Source of the DNA: Oikopleura dioica
Taxonomy: Eukaryota > Animalia > Chordata
DNA: 64,000 nucleotides
Direction of reading: 5' to 3'
Assembly (NCBI GenBank): GCA_907165135.1
Contig: OU015567.1
Location: forward strand, 5,332,001 to 5,396,000
Below, piece after piece: positions 62,712 through 64,000 of this stretch. Position 1 is the first letter of the stretch, and every line of letters begins with the position of its first letter. A program made the translations under genes and the position numbers. The notes under the pieces are model-generated. The model was not told the origin of the DNA and searched no databases. It was given only the letters and a program-made list of their open reading frames with translations.

Positions 62712-63100
62712 TCAAGATGAAAGTTGAAAAGCGCCGATCGCAAAGTTGGAAATACTGATTAGCAGAGCTATGCACATCTCAGCCTTCAGCCATTTTTTTC
62801 CAAGACGGGCGACGGCCGGAATTTCGGAGGAAAAATCGCCGACCAACGGGATTCCTCGTTGTTTCGCAACGGAAATCAGGCCATAGACGAGCTGGAGAAT
62901 CAAGGAAACTAAAGATATGGGATGAAATTTGATGGATGATAGAAGGACTTACGAATGACGATGACCATCGGGATGTAAAGAGTCGATTCGATGCATGTAT
63001 TTGGATTTCGAGACATTTTGACCAAGTCTTCTGAGCATTGCAGAGCCGTGTAAGTATCATTACTGTAACACTCTCTCATGCAGAAATCTCGTTGTTTTAG
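62712..63100 (-). CDS. Hypothetical multi-pass membrane protein (partial model)
   Basis: Exons CMRECYSNDTYTALQC...CIESTLYIPMVIVI|LSLILQLVYGLISV...EMCIALLISISNFAIGAFQLSS* joined by a short GT-AG intron. A probable upstream exon lies at ~63150-63300. Confidence 0.4.
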
Positions 63101-63706
63101 CAAATCACTTTATTAACTGTTTAAATTTTATTTTATAGCAGAAACGGTTACCTTAGATATTTTGAGCTGGAGACGAAAAGTGCCGAGTTGACGGCTTGAC
63201 CAGCAGAAGCTGAAGTGTTTCCTTCCTTTTTAGCATTCTCATCCGAGCTGTTTTTCTTGAGCTGAGGGCTCTTTCCTCCTGGAAGGCCCGGTATGTTCAT
63301 TTTCTCTTGTTGGGTTTGAGAGTAACATTCTGACTTTTAAACTGGTAGTTATTGCAGAGTAGGTCGTAAAATTACCGTAACAGAAAGACCATAAAAAGAG
63401 ATGATTATACTTACATTTAGCAGAAGAAAAATAATTGCTTTGGAAAGAAATTTAACACATAACTTCATTGGTTATTTTAGATGTTTCTCATTTTCTTGTC
63501 GAAAATCGAAAACAAAGAGGAAAATTTATTTTGCATTGTTGTTACCTGACATTTTCAAGAAGAAAATCGGCTTTCGTAGCAAAAAGCTTAACTGTCTTCA
63601 AATATCAAATGCCAACCTTGATTTTCCTGATATTTGTCCTCAAGCTTTGCTTCGATAAAATTGAGCGCGATGTCTCTCAAATCAGCATTGAAGACTTGAA
63701 TCAGAG

Positions 63707-64000
63707 ATGCGAACTTTTACAGCAGGTAAGAAGCCCCCTGTTTTTTATCCAAAAGTTTTGAATAAGGAGTAGCTGTATTGGGCTTTGCCGCGGCGCAAGA
63801 GCAGCCATGTGTTGGGTCGCTTCCGATGGAGTGCGACTTGGAGTGCGCTGATGCTCCGCCAGCTGGCTGCAACGCTGAAGGAAAAGACCCTCTTTGCCGA
63901 TTCTGTGGGTTTGACGGCTTCAGAGACTGCAAAGGAAACGGACCGTGCTGCTGCACCGATTGCGACGAAAACTGCAAGGCAACCACTACGAAATCAACAA
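63707..64000 (+). CDS. Secreted Cys-rich protein with a GCNAxG...CRFCGF module (runs off the window)
   Basis: Exon 63707-63725, 41-nt GT-AG intron, exon from 63767: MRTFTAGVAVLGFAAAQEQPCVGSLPMECDLECADAPPAGCNAEGKDPLCRFCGFDGFRDCKGNGPCCCTDCDENCKATTTKST... Confidence 0.7.

Overview
This is eukaryotic, gene-dense DNA with many introns of about 40-50 nt, several of which need non-canonical GA-AG or GC-AG splicing. That pattern, plus oikosin-like Cys domains, suggests a larvacean tunicate (Oikopleura-like); this is an inference. I reconstructed about 22 spliced genes by hand. They include a Hook-domain coiled-coil gene hosting three opposite-strand nested genes, three paralogous astacin metalloproteases, PLAC8-like, PKD2-like, CYP3-clan P450, SH3BP5-like, a Gla-domain protein, SLC33A1, SLC20, a tandem C-type lectin, CFAP47 and a CADM/SynCAM-like Ig protein. 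Introns and intergenic DNA hold many non-autonomous palindromic DNA transposons with readable termini and target-site duplications (MULE-like 9 bp, hAT-like 7 bp, Kolobok-like TTAA|GG, piggyBac-like TTAA|CC, TA-type); I found no transposase. The strongest leads are: (1) a MITE that landed exactly on an SLC20 5' splice site and created a GC donor; (2) intronic CCAAT-box pairs at an invariant 30-bp spacing; (3) a duplicated splice acceptor bracketing a nested astacin gene; (4) serial Kolobok-like insertions into one TTAA; (5) a candidate prohormone and an atypical Gla protein. I saw no CRISPR array, rRNA or tRNA. All gene models and family calls come from manual translation and motif recall, not database searches.
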